Notes under the pieces: generated by a model
Databases searched by the model: none
The model's input: only the letters and a program-made list of their open reading frames with translations
Told to the model about the DNA's origin: nothing
From: an uncultured virus (IMG/VR IMGVR_UViG_3300001919_000065)
Lineage: Duplodnaviria; Heunggongvirae; Uroviricota; Caudoviricetes
DNA: 64,000 nt
Reading direction: 5' to 3' (one strand)
Virus record (IMG/VR): IMGVR_UViG_3300001919_000065
Position numbers and translations under genes: made by a program
In this document: positions 19,501-29,035 of the stretch, one piece after another
How the letters are laid out: each line of letters starts with the position of its first letter
Position numbering within the stretch: position 1 is the first letter of the stretch

Positions 19501-22500
19501 CTTCGATAACCTGAACCCTGTCTCCCATAGCATCAAGGGCCTCCGAAAGCATGGTGCGCATGGTGTCGAGGTTTTCCTTATTTGGGAATGACAGGGTATT
19601 GGGCAGGTCGTTAATGGCTTCTGCCATGAATGAGCTTGCCGCGGCACTGCCCTCGTAGGTATATATTTCGGAGGCCCGTTCCACTAGGTTGCGGAACTGG
19701 GTGAAGTTGCTGATGCCCATACGGGTTGCTCCTTCCACCCACGCCTTGCGGGTTTCATCGGAGACTGCCAGACTTTCATGGGCAATGGATTTGTCCACCC
19801 ATTCGCGGGCAACTTCCGCGGCATCTCCCTTCTCCCCGGCAATCTCGATAACCTTCTTTCCGGTTTCTACCAAGCTTTCCGGCACATTGTTTTTGGTAAT
19901 GGCTTTGCCCGTTTCCTCGATGATGTTGCTCGCATCTTTCGTAATATCCGGTAGCATGGAAGTAGCATCCTTTACATCGAGAGTGGGAGCGGCTTCGGTT
20001 TGGAAACGTATGTTCCCTTCACCAGCTAAGTGGCTACCAACGTAGCCGCCGATACCTCCGAGGAAAGCAATCTTCATAGCCCCACTAATCACTTGGTCAG
20101 TAGTGGCAATAGAGGATTCGGAGATTTCTCCGTTCTTCACCAGTTCGGTAAAGGCCCATTCTTGGAACTCGTCTGCCAGTTCTTCGGTGGCTCCTTCCAC
20201 TACGGCCTTGCTCTGGCTGTACAGATAGGAAGCAACGGCTAACGTCTTTTCCTTCGTGTTCATCTCCTTAAATGGCTTGCTTCTCCATCCGGCAATCTTC
20301 CGTTCAAGAGTTTGGAATGGAGATTGACCGCGAAGGTTTTTAGCCCCAACAATCTTACGCATGAAGGAATCCATACCTGCGCGGTTGTTGATGAGAGTAC
20401 TACCAGTAGATACGAGAGCCGCACCAAAGAGGGCACGCATGTTGGCAACGCTCTGCGCCCTGTTCGTATTCTCGGCAGTCGGTTCCTTCCCTTCCATCTC
20501 CTTATCATAAATGGTATAGAAGATGTCGGAGTAAGCATTCGGTGCAACCTGCGAGATGATGGTAAGGTTCACCCCAGCACCAGCCCCAGCCCGTTCGAGG
20601 TTCAACGCCGCAAGGTTGTCGAGGTTGCGCTGGATAGTTCCACTCAAACGTCCCGCCAATCCCGGACGGGCGGCAGGGACAAGAGCTTCGGCCCGCTTCG
20701 CTACGACGTTAGCCGTTGCCTTCGCGAACCGTGATAGCGCGGTACGTTCCAGTGCACGGCCAGCGAGGCCACCAACTTTACCAGCCCCCGCGGTTGCTAC
20801 CATTTGGTAGCCGAGGTTAGCGATTTCCGCAGTATAGTCCGCAAGGATATTGCCTCGAACAAGTTCAGCTTCCGCTTCCTGTTTTTTGTTCAGCTGGTCC
20901 CAGAGGGTGCGGGTATGTTCCATCGCCGCACGACTGCCAACTGCATTCTGTGCGAAGAGAAGAGCACCATAGGCGGCCCCCGTCCCAAGGTCGATTGCCT
21001 TGTGCGTACCTATCTGGAACCCGCGGAGAATGGGGTTAATGTGTGCCTGACCTTTCTCCTGCCATGCGGAGAGGATGTCCTCGTCACTCTTGCCCGCTTC
21101 CTTCTGTTCGTTGTAAAAATTCTTGAAGGAAAGGTGCTTGTCCAGATGCTTCATGGTTTCGGTCCAGATAGGGTTGAACCGCATGCCGGAGCCGAGCCAC
21201 GTATCGCGAAGCGTTCCCAGCGTCTCGTCCAATGCAATGTTGTCCTTCACAAGTTCCTGTGCGGATTTCTTGCGGAGGTTCTGGAACTTCTCAATGGTGC
21301 GATTGATGAGACCTTCGTCCGCGCCACTAGCACGGAGAGCCTCAATGCTCTGGTCCATCAGCCGATTGTCGTAAAGGGCATTGGGGTTCAGTTCGAGCGT
21401 GGCGTTCGTATCAACTTCCTTGGTGTGCGGATTGTACGCAAAGAGACTGCCACGGCCCACGCCCAAGTCACCCATGCGTGCGGCGTGGGAGAGGGAGTTG
21501 AGGGCATCGCGAGTACTTTCGATATGGTACTGGGCCATGTATTCCTTCAACTGTTCGGGACCTACTTCAAAGGATGGGCCGCCCGGCACGCCATACCACC
21601 ATGAGCCACGCTTCGTTCCCTTCCTCCATTCCATCGTACTCATTGGGTCGGCGGTCTTACCTACACTATTATCCGGCTGGAAGGTAAGTACGTCCGCAAT
21701 TTGTCCCGCTGTGCTTCGGTAGTTAGCCATTGCGCCTTTGACTGCATCCATGAGAGTGCCTCTCGGTGTAGCTTTGGCGGTATAGTCCTGAATCAGTTTG
21801 GTTACTCCCGCTTGGCGCAGGACGGATTTTGGAACCCCCGGAAACCTTGTGGCCACGGCTTCCAGCATAGCCTCACTCATGCCAATCTGTTCAGAGTTTT
21901 CGACGGTCAGAGGGCGGTCCTTCTGGCGGCGAACTTCCTCGGTAATGACCTTTGCCCGTGCACGTATTGCGTCCATGTCAGCACCGGGGACTAAAGACAG
22001 AAGGGCAGAGGCCGCGGCCTCTGGATTGAGAAGCGCGTCGCGAAGTTCGAGATAGGGTAGGCCAGTGTAGTCCTCTTCGAGACGTCTTACGATTTTGTCT
22101 GCGGCTTCTATCTGTTCACGAATCCTATCCTCAACAGGTTTTTCTTTTTTTGAAATGAGTTTTGCTTGGTCTGTATGGAGTTGTTTCGCATACGTGGTAG
22201 CCGGGGATTCCGGGGATTCAATATCTTCCGTACTCCGGGAAAGGTAATCCCCGTAGTCGCGGACAAGTTGGAACATTTTGCTGGGAGACTTGGAAAGGTT
22301 GGCGAGTTCAGCAAAAACATTCCCAGTAAATGAAGGTGCTGAATCAGAGAATTCGCCAACGCCAAGCTCCCCCACGCTCGTTTGGCTGGGAGTTTTCTTC
22401 TGCACGCCTTCCGTCGAAGAAGCGCGGTGTTTGTCGTAAAGAGCCTTAGCGGCACGATAGTTGCCAATGTCTTCGCGCCTAATCGTATTGATGACGCTTT

Positions 22501-23302
22501 CTATTTCTTCTGCGGTGTAAGCAATAGGTGCGGTCTCGATGGCTTGTGCCGTAGGTTTACCCGTTCCAACATCTAGATTCGAGTTGAGGTAATCCTTCCG
22601 GGCCTTTTCCATTGTGTTGGCAATGCCTTTGGCCACTGCCTTTGCGTTACGGTTTCTATCCGCGGCAATGGCGAGGAACTTTTCCGTTACGACGGGGTTC
22701 CCGTCCTCTCCACTTCCGAAGCCAGAGCGGGATAAGAAGGCGGGGTGCGTAGGCGTAAGCTCGGAAGAAGACACAACGGTAAGTCCCGTATTGTTGGCAA
22801 GCTTCTTAATGGCCTCGCTATCACCGCGGGAAGCGGCCTTCAAATCGACCAGCGCATCTTCGCCGCGGTCTACATAGTCTTTCATGTAGTCGATTCCCTC
22901 AAAGCTGTACCCACGGTTTCCTTTGTTCAAGATGTCGAGGGCTTTCTGCTCTTCCGCGGCTTGCCATCCGGCTTCCGTATGCGCCCTGCTCTTCTTGTCC
23001 CATTCCGCTTCGTTTGCATCCTTGGCTTTCTGTGCCTGTTCCTTCTCAAAGTCATCGACAGACTTAAAGAGGAAGGTGTCATATTCTGCGGTCGCCGTAG
23101 CTCCCTTCTCGGCACGGGTCTGTCTCTTTTCCGCTAACCTTTGCTCGCGGTCCAGTGCTTTCTGTTCTCGGTCCTGCTGTTTCTGCGCTTGCGTCTCTTG
23201 CCACGCGGCGTGCCTTTCTACGGCACGCTGTTCGCGCGCGATACTACTTCCCGACGTCGGAGTGAAGTCGGACATATTGGCGGTACTAAAATCAATAGCC
23301 AT
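13595..23302 (-). CDS. giant virion/ejection (polyvalent-type) protein with zincin-like HExxH motif
   Basis: 3235 aa, Ala-rich helical, VLHEVIH..DEFA motif; last large gene of structural block. Confidence 0.7.
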   Translation of the reverse strand: MAIDFSTANMSDFTPTSGSSIAREQRAVERHAAWQETQAQKQQDREQKALDREQRLAEKRQTRAEKGATATAEYDTFLFKSVDDFEKEQAQKAKDANEAEWDKKSRAHTEAGWQAAEEQKALDILNKGNRGYSFEGIDYMKDYVDRGEDALVDLKAASRGDSEAIKKLANNTGLTVVSSSELTPTHPAFLSRSGFGSGEDGNPVVTEKFLAIAADRNRNAKAVAKGIANTMEKARKDYLNSNLDVGTGKPTAQAIETAPIAYTAEEIESVINTIRREDIGNYRAAKALYDKHRASSTEGVQKKTPSQTSVGELGVGEFSDSAPSFTGNVFAELANLSKSPSKMFQLVRDYGDYLSRSTEDIESPESPATTYAKQLHTDQAKLISKKEKPVEDRIREQIEAADKIVRRLEEDYTGLPYLELRDALLNPEAAASALLSLVPGADMDAIRARAKVITEEVRRQKDRPLTVENSEQIGMSEAMLEAVATRFPGVPKSVLRQAGVTKLIQDYTAKATPRGTLMDAVKGAMANYRSTAGQIADVLTFQPDNSVGKTADPMSTMEWRKGTKRGSWWYGVPGGPSFEVGPEQLKEYMAQYHIESTRDALNSLSHAARMGDLGVGRGSLFAYNPHTKEVDTNATLELNPNALYDNRLMDQSIEALRASGADEGLINRTIEKFQNLRKKSAQELVKDNIALDETLGTLRDTWLGSGMRFNPIWTETMKHLDKHLSFKNFYNEQKEAGKSDEDILSAWQEKGQAHINPILRGFQIGTHKAIDLGTGAAYGALLFAQNAVGSRAAMEHTRTLWDQLNKKQEAEAELVRGNILADYTAEIANLGYQMVATAGAGKVGGLAGRALERTALSRFAKATANVVAKRAEALVPAARPGLAGRLSGTIQRNLDNLAALNLERAGAGAGVNLTIISQVAPNAYSDIFYTIYDKEMEGKEPTAENTNRAQSVANMRALFGAALVSTGSTLINNRAGMDSFMRKIVGAKNLRGQSPFQTLERKIAGWRSKPFKEMNTKEKTLAVASYLYSQSKAVVEGATEELADEFQEWAFTELVKNGEISESSIATTDQVISGAMKIAFLGGIGGYVGSHLAGEGNIRFQTEAAPTLDVKDATSMLPDITKDASNIIEETGKAITKNNVPESLVETGKKVIEIAGEKGDAAEVAREWVDKSIAHESLAVSDETRKAWVEGATRMGISNFTQFRNLVERASEIYTYEGSAAASSFMAEAINDLPNTLSFPNKENLDTMRTMLSEALDAMGDRVQVIEVDDDLSILTTGDEDLDAALHVINGLTEPTATTEPKESPATAATAEPTESPVAIARKERDNAIAPVAAMVETGVVTPEATASVDNMDAAITSFDPNTGAWLSSGSPLDRGAKLVSLNEMTGINAPMITSNTGETVVIAPHASMYNTGEGGTPSTKWGDKVSALNLPTDGTGANAYGTLRGLQVNASPAQAAAIDGVLKALHAAGLDLAIRATNAPTNISSPASITYMNGTDGKLVGGVIDLYVNRDNAIESVTGTVLHEVIHLIDRHLRATNTDYSQRMDRIRSAIAENYNNIVDSLSAMYDASVDINEMNAIAALASDLNYGLRGADEFASVAFSNPVMNFMVAEASGDNITITDLARYAEAAGGRKPVHVRLVEWLKDLIRDVRQTADDMDGTTAAERAAEWDSYVARVADMTPGKWFDMPRTPSWKVDDTDYTMGNGVDYFNPMAYETDMTRRLSFGLGAEIIGTNAGNWVTSIKNGWLGVTKNWDKAGINVKSEEQKLVVLEQMANVNAAYERSIKRIDKIGDMLQRRADNLGWDAATRKKWSKSILDMSGNMDNDIDPETVARINAEAQAEVRQHEQTRDFRIALAKKTVTDAVNRHAEAVRLANSLALNSEGRLEINDMMRRIKDMSAKGYGAMLDKQVALPMLSQQIHKSLSDLGSRISATGNANLESTYFGLARDTQNYLTDMINEADSPFSMEELLDRWSNLRNDFLYAESTNHPVIAPMIQDIAKARAEAKQIIREANEDFHAATKRAGVTRAGVATPAGSVWLKRDNAILNARRQKQAEYMAKRDAAEQWLLSQGVVGQLVHNVIADSRKEIAATQISIAKLIGDSRMADNAAEMNYLHRTYMAVGRHAGDFTRTMKDIIANPNGELAQKYDGLTKLLQEAAISHAEAHQRELSENVSQVLDNMQALAALHDELKLPLVSAPPRASANYKLLFEGVAKNYRNREILDFIQNNFGAVQMLADLRDGHNISAIYNKAMSMIAQADYRTKSKMTERKETLDMKARDSFLAEVFSGLPGKTIADKIGSLQSPASVASEVNKAIPTIPTSAIDQIWNAPNMNAAERLDKTLNLLRGQAGILMGANNMGNVISATDLKVLQYPELSRLAVNDAMNAIDEVLSKKRTNEDALAQRKRLPEWQRKAMYELSDLTIGDAIGTLQNTLSMQSKIAVNQLLADEYTSVLKAQGVVVPPNSTNRTSDMVEISLKNTKNALNGMYADKDVADAIYHIYRPSDDILNSRTDDYKKVREYWQKSGKGQGWWSKAGGLANLSVLIASPNSTLRNLYGTVAQMTQAGALPFTGGIEIAKLIGDWSQMYKLRKLSRGKDLASQASADRLLAAEDRYNEKIRYWQELGLLDAGQGEFLRNVWKSDEFSKMAGEFEEVNEDSFFKLAEALNEKQERTKGEVAKDAAKMAGKVVAWPIKTMSFAYGLPDAAAKIVLFTNQRAIADTQLKVQLARAKGKANPNARDQILLDASQTDQSWDAYVDRYTAHMVKSLLPTGSRTPSWVKTLNIVAAPFFMFQYHTAQSVAYNLGHAIGEGVDGVWAINNGMKKEGAYLLGRAFARIAGSVGTISATSAVSSWVARQIITSIFKDDDDRKIIDDAEVMRKLADSGLIPDYDKFGDLIGIVDMKRHEFEYLNLEYMNPFKTIKVLAKTLPSLFMDMDVDKWGMNKVAELKNLLENTVLEESLLLNTATELFNEEDFNYKHSLSGDESVNVLPAVGNAILLAAGLNPSFGSGHTWQVLERVATVANKKIPFYGWAVKSGKQAFSDTPDMSAEAYGLQTFGTGLRRPKDLTEALAAGLKNANAAVTKSKRMSVLRPDFYKRMESGVDVESMEAVETADAVKNFTKLVNSVRFVTEITNMLDPALRKEVLASVIESSGMSAKTYGAAMKGIMPYIISPQAGREAIAKLNRELQKSNTTDEGKRLIEEQKKLIINLMRKGSIQIDGALSTEEIHNRMKQ

Positions 23303-23330
23303 GTTTGTTGAGTATTAGTATAATAAGTTT

Positions 23331-23382
23331 GCCCCACTCATGTGGGTCTTCAACATCCTATCATGAGTGGGGCGAGGGTCAA
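23331..23382 (-). promoter_or_regulatory. promoter with -10 box inside hairpin loop
   Basis: TTGACC-N16-TAGGAT; 12-bp inverted repeat GCCCCACTCATG/CATGAGTGGGGC. Confidence 0.7.
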
Positions 23383-23405
23383 GTGAAATATGTATTATGT
23401 CAAAT

Positions 23406-24560
23406 TTATTTTCGGAAGTCCAAGTGAGTGAACTCCGGTCCCTTCATCAGTTCAGTGTAGAGGGTGAGCTTCGCTTGCGGGTCTTTCTTCCGCAGGGCCT
23501 GATACTGGGCGTACTGGCGGGCGAAGCGGGGGTCCCGGATATTCAATCTATTCCTGAACATGTTGCTAAGTTCCTTTATTTTGGCGCGTTCCAATTTTTC
23601 GAGGGTCTTAATCTCCTTGCCATACTTTCCCGGCTGGGCGTACATGGTTCGGACGCGGAGGTATGTTTGCGCCTGTGCTCTTGCTTCGGGGCTGGCCGTA
23701 TCATCCCTCAAGGTTCGTAGCATACTCTCGGCAGTTCCAGTACCCGCAGTCGTCGGGACGCTCGTGGGTATGGGAGCATTGCCGGAGGGGAGAGCAGAGG
23801 CGGGGAACCTAGAGCCGGAAGGGGCGGCCGTGGTTCTCGCCGCCACACCCGCGGTGGTTCCCGCGGCGGTTCCCGCGGTAGCTCCCGCGGTGGGCACATT
23901 CTTGGTCTGGCTCTCTACAAACTTGCTATATATCGCGTTCCTCTGCGCTTCCGGCATGGACATAAATACCTTGTACTTATCCGGGCCAAGCATCTTCTCC
24001 GCATGCGCATAGAACCCAGCCGTGGAGGTGTCGGGGCTAGCGGTTGGAGCGGTAGCCGTCGCTTGCCGGGGTGTAGCCGTCGCTTGCGTCGGCATAGCCG
24101 GAGATATGGTGGGCATCTGCCCCCGGCTTATGTTCTGGTCCACGCCACGAAGCATGAGCCTGTCCTCCGCAGAGAGTTTCCCCGCCGCGGCTTGTTGCAT
24201 GCCCGCCGCATAGGTCGCCCGTTGCTGGGCGGCGTAGGCCGCGCTGTTGGGGTCGACCGCTCCCGGCACTGCTGGTTCAGTAATCCCCCGCCCATAGGGA
24301 CTAGGAGACTGGGCCGCCGCGGGTGCCGCGGATGCGGGGGGATTCTTGATGCCGTGGTTACTATTGGCCGCGGCGATGGTGTTCATCTCCTTCGCGTCGA
24401 CGGGTTTGTTCGGGTCGTTGTTATTCATTGGACGGAGGGGGATGTCGGGGTTCGTCTTCGGAAGCACCTCGTCCATCGTCTTCTGCTTAATGGACTTGGC
24501 GGCGGGGATGCCCCCGCTCGCGCTCGTCTCGCTCGATATGTCTGTACGTTTGGTAGCCAT
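23406..24560 (-). CDS. low-complexity Ala/Pro/Thr-rich protein, probable internal virion protein
   Basis: 384 aa; lies before giant gene; 12-bp tandem repeats near 23850. Confidence 0.6.
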   Translation of the reverse strand: MATKRTDISSETSASGGIPAAKSIKQKTMDEVLPKTNPDIPLRPMNNNDPNKPVDAKEMNTIAAANSNHGIKNPPASAAPAAAQSPSPYGRGITEPAVPGAVDPNSAAYAAQQRATYAAGMQQAAAGKLSAEDRLMLRGVDQNISRGQMPTISPAMPTQATATPRQATATAPTASPDTSTAGFYAHAEKMLGPDKYKVFMSMPEAQRNAIYSKFVESQTKNVPTAGATAGTAAGTTAGVAARTTAAPSGSRFPASALPSGNAPIPTSVPTTAGTGTAESMLRTLRDDTASPEARAQAQTYLRVRTMYAQPGKYGKEIKTLEKLERAKIKELSNMFRNRLNIRDPRFARQYAQYQALRKKDPQAKLTLYTELMKGPEFTHLDFRK

Positions 24561-24562
24561 GA

Positions 24563-25306
24563 TTACATGAGGTTAAGTCCGGGGCACTGCATGATGCCGC
24601 CATTCTGAATAATGTTCGGAGCCTGATACGTGCCCTGACGATATTTGCGCAGGTGGTCATTCAGGTATTTGACGGCAAGGCCGTAGCTGTCCGTCCCCAT
24701 TTGGGTATTGCCCTGCTCGTTATAGACCACGGCCAGCATCATCGCCTTCAATGCAGGAAGACATCCGGGGTAGATACGAACCTCCTTGTCCTCCCATGCC
24801 GCGTCATCATAAATGTTAAGAGACAGGCCGCGCAATGCGCACCGTGCCGAAACCGTCATGACGTTGCTCGTAGGATTATCGTTGATGCCATTACTGCCAG
24901 ACAATACCGAGTAGGTGCGGAGGTTCTGTTCATTCAGCCCCATGTCCAGCATGATAGCATGATAGCCGCTGTCGTGCTTGGGATATTCGGAACGGAACCA
25001 AGTATTGCTCTCAAACATGGCCCGGTCAATGATGTGGTATTTCTTGCCACTGGGCGACCATGCCTCGACAATACTATCATACTCTTCGGGCAGGGAGATA
25101 GAACCCCCGCGAGGGATTCCTTCAAAGTCCAAGGTATCCACGGAATCCGGGGATACCGTGGCCTCATTGAGCAGGAGGTTCTGCGCTTCCTTCAATATAC
25201 GACGGAAGTCGACGTTGGACTTGGATGGCGGCTGGTTTGTAATGAGCATGCAAAGCTCGTCACAAACATTGCGATAGGTCAAATAGGATTTGGTAATAAA
25301 TGCCAT
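24563..25306 (-). CDS. probable tail adaptor/tubular protein
   Basis: 247 aa; size and position typical of podophage adaptors. Confidence 0.45.
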   Translation of the reverse strand: MAFITKSYLTYRNVCDELCMLITNQPPSKSNVDFRRILKEAQNLLLNEATVSPDSVDTLDFEGIPRGGSISLPEEYDSIVEAWSPSGKKYHIIDRAMFESNTWFRSEYPKHDSGYHAIMLDMGLNEQNLRTYSVLSGSNGINDNPTSNVMTVSARCALRGLSLNIYDDAAWEDKEVRIYPGCLPALKAMMLAVVYNEQGNTQMGTDSYGLAVKYLNDHLRKYRQGTYQAPNIIQNGGIMQCPGLNLM

Positions 25307-25310
25307 GAGC

Positions 25311-28190
25311 TTAACTGGGAGGATAGATTGTTACTTTCTTGCAAAGCATTCCACCGTTCCACGGGGATGCGTAATAGGAGGTCACAGGTTTCCAATCTGT
25401 GTGGGTAGTCCCCGGAAAGTTCGTATTAAACGCGCCGGGAAGCCACTTGGCGTCCTGATTGCCAATGGTTACGGTTATAGCCAGCGGGCCGTGGAGGCAT
25501 GCGGGCAGACGGTAATCGCAAAGCGGCGAAGAGAAATACCCACTGTTCGTCGTGAACTGTACCGACGTCCCAAGGCCCCAGCCTTTAGGCCATGTACCAT
25601 CAGGGGAGAAGGCTTCCTCTACCACGGCGGTGCAGGGGCCGGAGTAACTGTCCCTCATCATCCGGGTCTGCGGGAAGTACTTGCCCTCCTGTCTGCCGGA
25701 GAGGTCGGGCCTCGTATCCCACGGAATCCAACTAACCGAACCGAACACGGCGGGGAAACTGTAGTTCATCGTCGTAGTATATTTTTTGTAGTACCCGATT
25801 CCCGGAATCTGCATGTAACTATCTACGGCGTAACAGGGGTTCACCCATTGGCGCAGGACGACGCGGGACACGTTGGTATTCTTCTGGAGCTTGAATGTAT
25901 TCCCGGTCAAGGTAGCTACGGTCGCACCAAACTGGAAGTAAGGGTATCTCGTTCCATTGTAGGAGAGTTCAATCCGGTTTGCTACTGCCGCCTTCAATGA
26001 GTAGGTTCCATCCGTGTATTCGCTCTTCTCGCCATTGCGGGTCACAACAGAAGGAGGCTCATTAGATGAGGACACGGAAGAGGTTACTGCAATGTCGAAT
26101 ATCTTGGTGCCGTTGAGTTTGATGGGGATGTTCCCGTTAATGGCGATGCCATTAGGGTTCTCTACCCAGACCAGCATATTGAGCTGACCGTTAGCGACGT
26201 CGAGGAATACCTTGCTAATCCCGGCGGGGAGGGAGCCAACCGTAAACTTCATTTCGGGGTTGTAGGTTCCCCGCTTATATATCCCTGAACCATCCATATA
26301 ACCTATGGGAAGCGTCCAAGTCTGGCCAGATACTCCTTCACCGTACAGCGTGTCGGAGATAATCCCTTCCATGCTAATCTTGTAATTGCCGTCCGCAGTG
26401 TACCATGGGCCATCCGGGTTGACATTGTAGTAATGGTTGGCCGTAGAGATGGTGCCGGGAGATTGCTCCACGGGCATGCTATTCTGCACATACATGGGCC
26501 ACCAGCGTTTGTTCTTGTAATAGACCGTTACCACGGTTCCCCTGTCTCTCCCCGGATTGTTGGAAGTGAATTCGCAGGTGAATGCGAAGTAGTTGGAGAA
26601 CGAAGGATAGCTGGGGTCGTTCCATCCGTTGATGACATTAAGGTTAGAAAGCAATCCCGTAGGGCTGGGGTTGTCCTCGCCAACAGAGAAATCGCTGAGG
26701 TTGTAGTTCTCTTTAACCCACACAGTGTCAGGGATGGATATGGAAACCTCAGTTACCGGGGATTCCAGTTTGCGCCCGTAATAGACGTTACCCACGGAGT
26801 CCGTGTATTTCTTGAACCCTTCTTCCTGCCAGTCCTTATCGAACTCGGTGGAGGGTTCATGCACGATTTTACGAAGCACCGGATAAACCTGATTCGTTAT
26901 CCGGTCGAACTGGCTCTCCCAGAACTCGTCAATCTGTTCGTAAGTGGTACACTGCTTTCTCGTCTCCTTCTGGCTATATCCTTCATGGACCACCACAGAG
27001 GAATCTACACGCCATTGGCTACAGTTCTCGCCGGGGTCAGGAGGGTCAATCGCAGGGACATCGCCGTTCGCTGTCCAGTCAACGGACTGGCTAGTCGTCA
27101 CTGTCGTATTGATGCACCGGACAAAACGGGAATCAGGGTTACAACAATTACCGGAGAGGCTGTTCTGTTCCTCTTTCTCCGCAATGTTACTGTTCCGTTT
27201 GTACATAGATACAAGGGTGTACATCTGCGTACTCGGATAACTGCCCTTGTCCCAGCCAGCACTAACGGGCTTATTGTCCAGTTCAAGGAGGGGCATGTGA
27301 GGAATGCGAGCCTGTCCCGGTTCCTTCCCTCCGCCATCGACGGGCCAAAGCGGCGCGGCCCAGACCTCTCTCGATAACTTAATTGCAGTCTGCGCCACCC
27401 ATTCAGATTCGGGCAGGGACGTTCCCGGACCACCTTCATCCCACACCGTATCTCCCTTCTGCCAAATGTTATAAGGGACGAACTCTTTAACCACCGGGCC
27501 GGGCAGGGTTTTATACACACGGATGACCCTACGAAAGTACTTGCGCAGGTGTTCCTCTTCGAACTGGGCTACTTCTTCATATACCAGCTGGGCATCGTAT
27601 GCCGTGTAGAAATGCTGGTCATAGAAGTCAGGGTCAAGCTTTTCGTTGCTGGGGTCAAACGAGCCAAGGGGGAGCGGGGCATACGCGGAATCTGTGGGTT
27701 CCACCCATTCCCGTGTAATCTCGTAGAAGTCCTTCAACTCTTCCGTGTCTGCATCCGGCCCCATGAACTTACCCGTAGCGGCAGTATCTTTCAACGTATA
27801 GCCGTCACGGATTTTCTTCATGTCCTGAATGTTATATCGGAACTGCTGTTCCGGCGGGACCATGTAGTAGAAACGATAAACGTGCTGTCTCGCCGCCTCA
27901 TTGACAGGTTCGACATGCACGAGAACTGCATCCCGCATGAACGGGAGGAAGGTCGTACCTGCGGTAGGTACGAACGGAGTTCCCAATTCAATGGTAATCT
28001 CGCTGGGATTCTTGGCAATCCTCTCAACGAAGAACATCACGTTCTTTACCACAGGAGTGGGAAAGTTAATTATCGGCTCACCCATTGGCCTGTCAGGACT
28101 GAACCCATTGCGCCACGAGGAATCCGTGGTTCCAATGGGTATCGTCGGAGGCTGTGGGTTGGAGGCCGGAGTGTTAGGAATTAAGGCCAT
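25311..28190 (-). CDS. large structural/tail protein
   Basis: Beta-rich, Trp/Pro/Thr-rich; start re-called to ATG 28190 (MALIPNTP). Confidence 0.6.
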   Translation of the reverse strand: MALIPNTPASNPQPPTIPIGTTDSSWRNGFSPDRPMGEPIINFPTPVVKNVMFFVERIAKNPSEITIELGTPFVPTAGTTFLPFMRDAVLVHVEPVNEAARQHVYRFYYMVPPEQQFRYNIQDMKKIRDGYTLKDTAATGKFMGPDADTEELKDFYEITREWVEPTDSAYAPLPLGSFDPSNEKLDPDFYDQHFYTAYDAQLVYEEVAQFEEEHLRKYFRRVIRVYKTLPGPVVKEFVPYNIWQKGDTVWDEGGPGTSLPESEWVAQTAIKLSREVWAAPLWPVDGGGKEPGQARIPHMPLLELDNKPVSAGWDKGSYPSTQMYTLVSMYKRNSNIAEKEEQNSLSGNCCNPDSRFVRCINTTVTTSQSVDWTANGDVPAIDPPDPGENCSQWRVDSSVVVHEGYSQKETRKQCTTYEQIDEFWESQFDRITNQVYPVLRKIVHEPSTEFDKDWQEEGFKKYTDSVGNVYYGRKLESPVTEVSISIPDTVWVKENYNLSDFSVGEDNPSPTGLLSNLNVINGWNDPSYPSFSNYFAFTCEFTSNNPGRDRGTVVTVYYKNKRWWPMYVQNSMPVEQSPGTISTANHYYNVNPDGPWYTADGNYKISMEGIISDTLYGEGVSGQTWTLPIGYMDGSGIYKRGTYNPEMKFTVGSLPAGISKVFLDVANGQLNMLVWVENPNGIAINGNIPIKLNGTKIFDIAVTSSVSSSNEPPSVVTRNGEKSEYTDGTYSLKAAVANRIELSYNGTRYPYFQFGATVATLTGNTFKLQKNTNVSRVVLRQWVNPCYAVDSYMQIPGIGYYKKYTTTMNYSFPAVFGSVSWIPWDTRPDLSGRQEGKYFPQTRMMRDSYSGPCTAVVEEAFSPDGTWPKGWGLGTSVQFTTNSGYFSSPLCDYRLPACLHGPLAITVTIGNQDAKWLPGAFNTNFPGTTHTDWKPVTSYYASPWNGGMLCKKVTIYPPS

Positions 28191-28686
28191 GTATATTGGT
28201 TTGATAGAACGGCATGATTGCACCGGGAAGCAGGGGTGTCCACAGCATGTGCACATGTCCGTTCAACGTTAATTGCATTGGTTCTCCCCGCAGAAAACTT
28301 ACTGTTTCGCCCCGATAATAGGTGCGGTTTGTTCTCCTGTCAATAACATATCCTCGTATGACAAGTAATTTATGGCTTCTCTCCGCATCAATAATTCTTG
28401 GCAGTTGAACTTCTTCACGAGTTTTAACCTGTGTAACCGAAGAGGTAAGGGTTTCTCCGTCATAACGAATTCCTACTTTCCCTCGTAAAAAATAGGCCCA
28501 TTGGTTTCTGGGCAGTTTTAGCTCACCCTCGCGACCAAGAGGAAGGGAGGCATAGAATTGATTCCGTGCATGAATCTTTTCGCCACACGCGCGAATTCGT
28601 TTTTGCAACTGACTAAGATTCCGAGACAACTCGTTTTCGAGTTGTTCCTGCTCGGGGTTTTTTCGGAACAGATTGAATAGTTTCAT
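28174..28686 (-). CDS. hypothetical protein (possible cupin-like C-terminus)
   Basis: 170-aa ORF overlapping both neighbours. Confidence 0.55.
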   Translation of the reverse strand: MKLFNLFRKNPEQEQLENELSRNLSQLQKRIRACGEKIHARNQFYASLPLGREGELKLPRNQWAYFLRGKVGIRYDGETLTSSVTQVKTREEVQLPRIIDAERSHKLLVIRGYVIDRRTNRTYYRGETVSFLRGEPMQLTLNGHVHMLWTPLLPGAIMPFYQTNIHGLNS

Positions 28687-29035
28687 TTCTGTCGGAGGGG
28701 TGTGTATCTTGTTGCGAGATAGCGCAGAAGGCGCGGTCGATTATCTCTTCATGGTCGCTTCGTAGATTGTCTATTTTTCCATGTAATTGGTCTAGAGAAT
28801 CATCCAACTCGGATATAACTCTTAGAGCTTCTTGCAATAATATGAGAAAGGACTTCTCCTTGTCAAGACTAAACTCTATCTTTTTTGAGAGGTACTTATA
28901 TGCCAGCTTTACTGCCACGTAAATAACTCCCACAAATACGAGATATGCGGGAGACATTTCATCGACGATACGAGTGAGAAGCAAAGTCCACACGTTGCCG
29001 TCAATGGTGTTTAGCTGTGCGACGAATTTAAACAT
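28613..29035 (-). CDS. putative holin
   Basis: One TM helix (YLVFVGVIYVAVKLAY) plus coiled coil; follows endolysin; second in-frame ATG at 29062. Confidence 0.55.
   Translation of the reverse strand: MFKFVAQLNTIDGNVWTLLLTRIVDEMSPAYLVFVGVIYVAVKLAYKYLSKKIEFSLDKEKSFLILLQEALRVISELDDSLDQLHGKIDNLRSDHEEIIDRAFCAISQQDTHPSDRNETIQSVPKKPRAGTTRKRVVSES

Noticed and set aside
13595..23302. Virion RNA polymerase (DNDID and DMDVD resemble DxDxD)
   Set aside because: No supporting RNAP motif context, and structural genes have host-type promoters. A structure search would be needed to reopen this.
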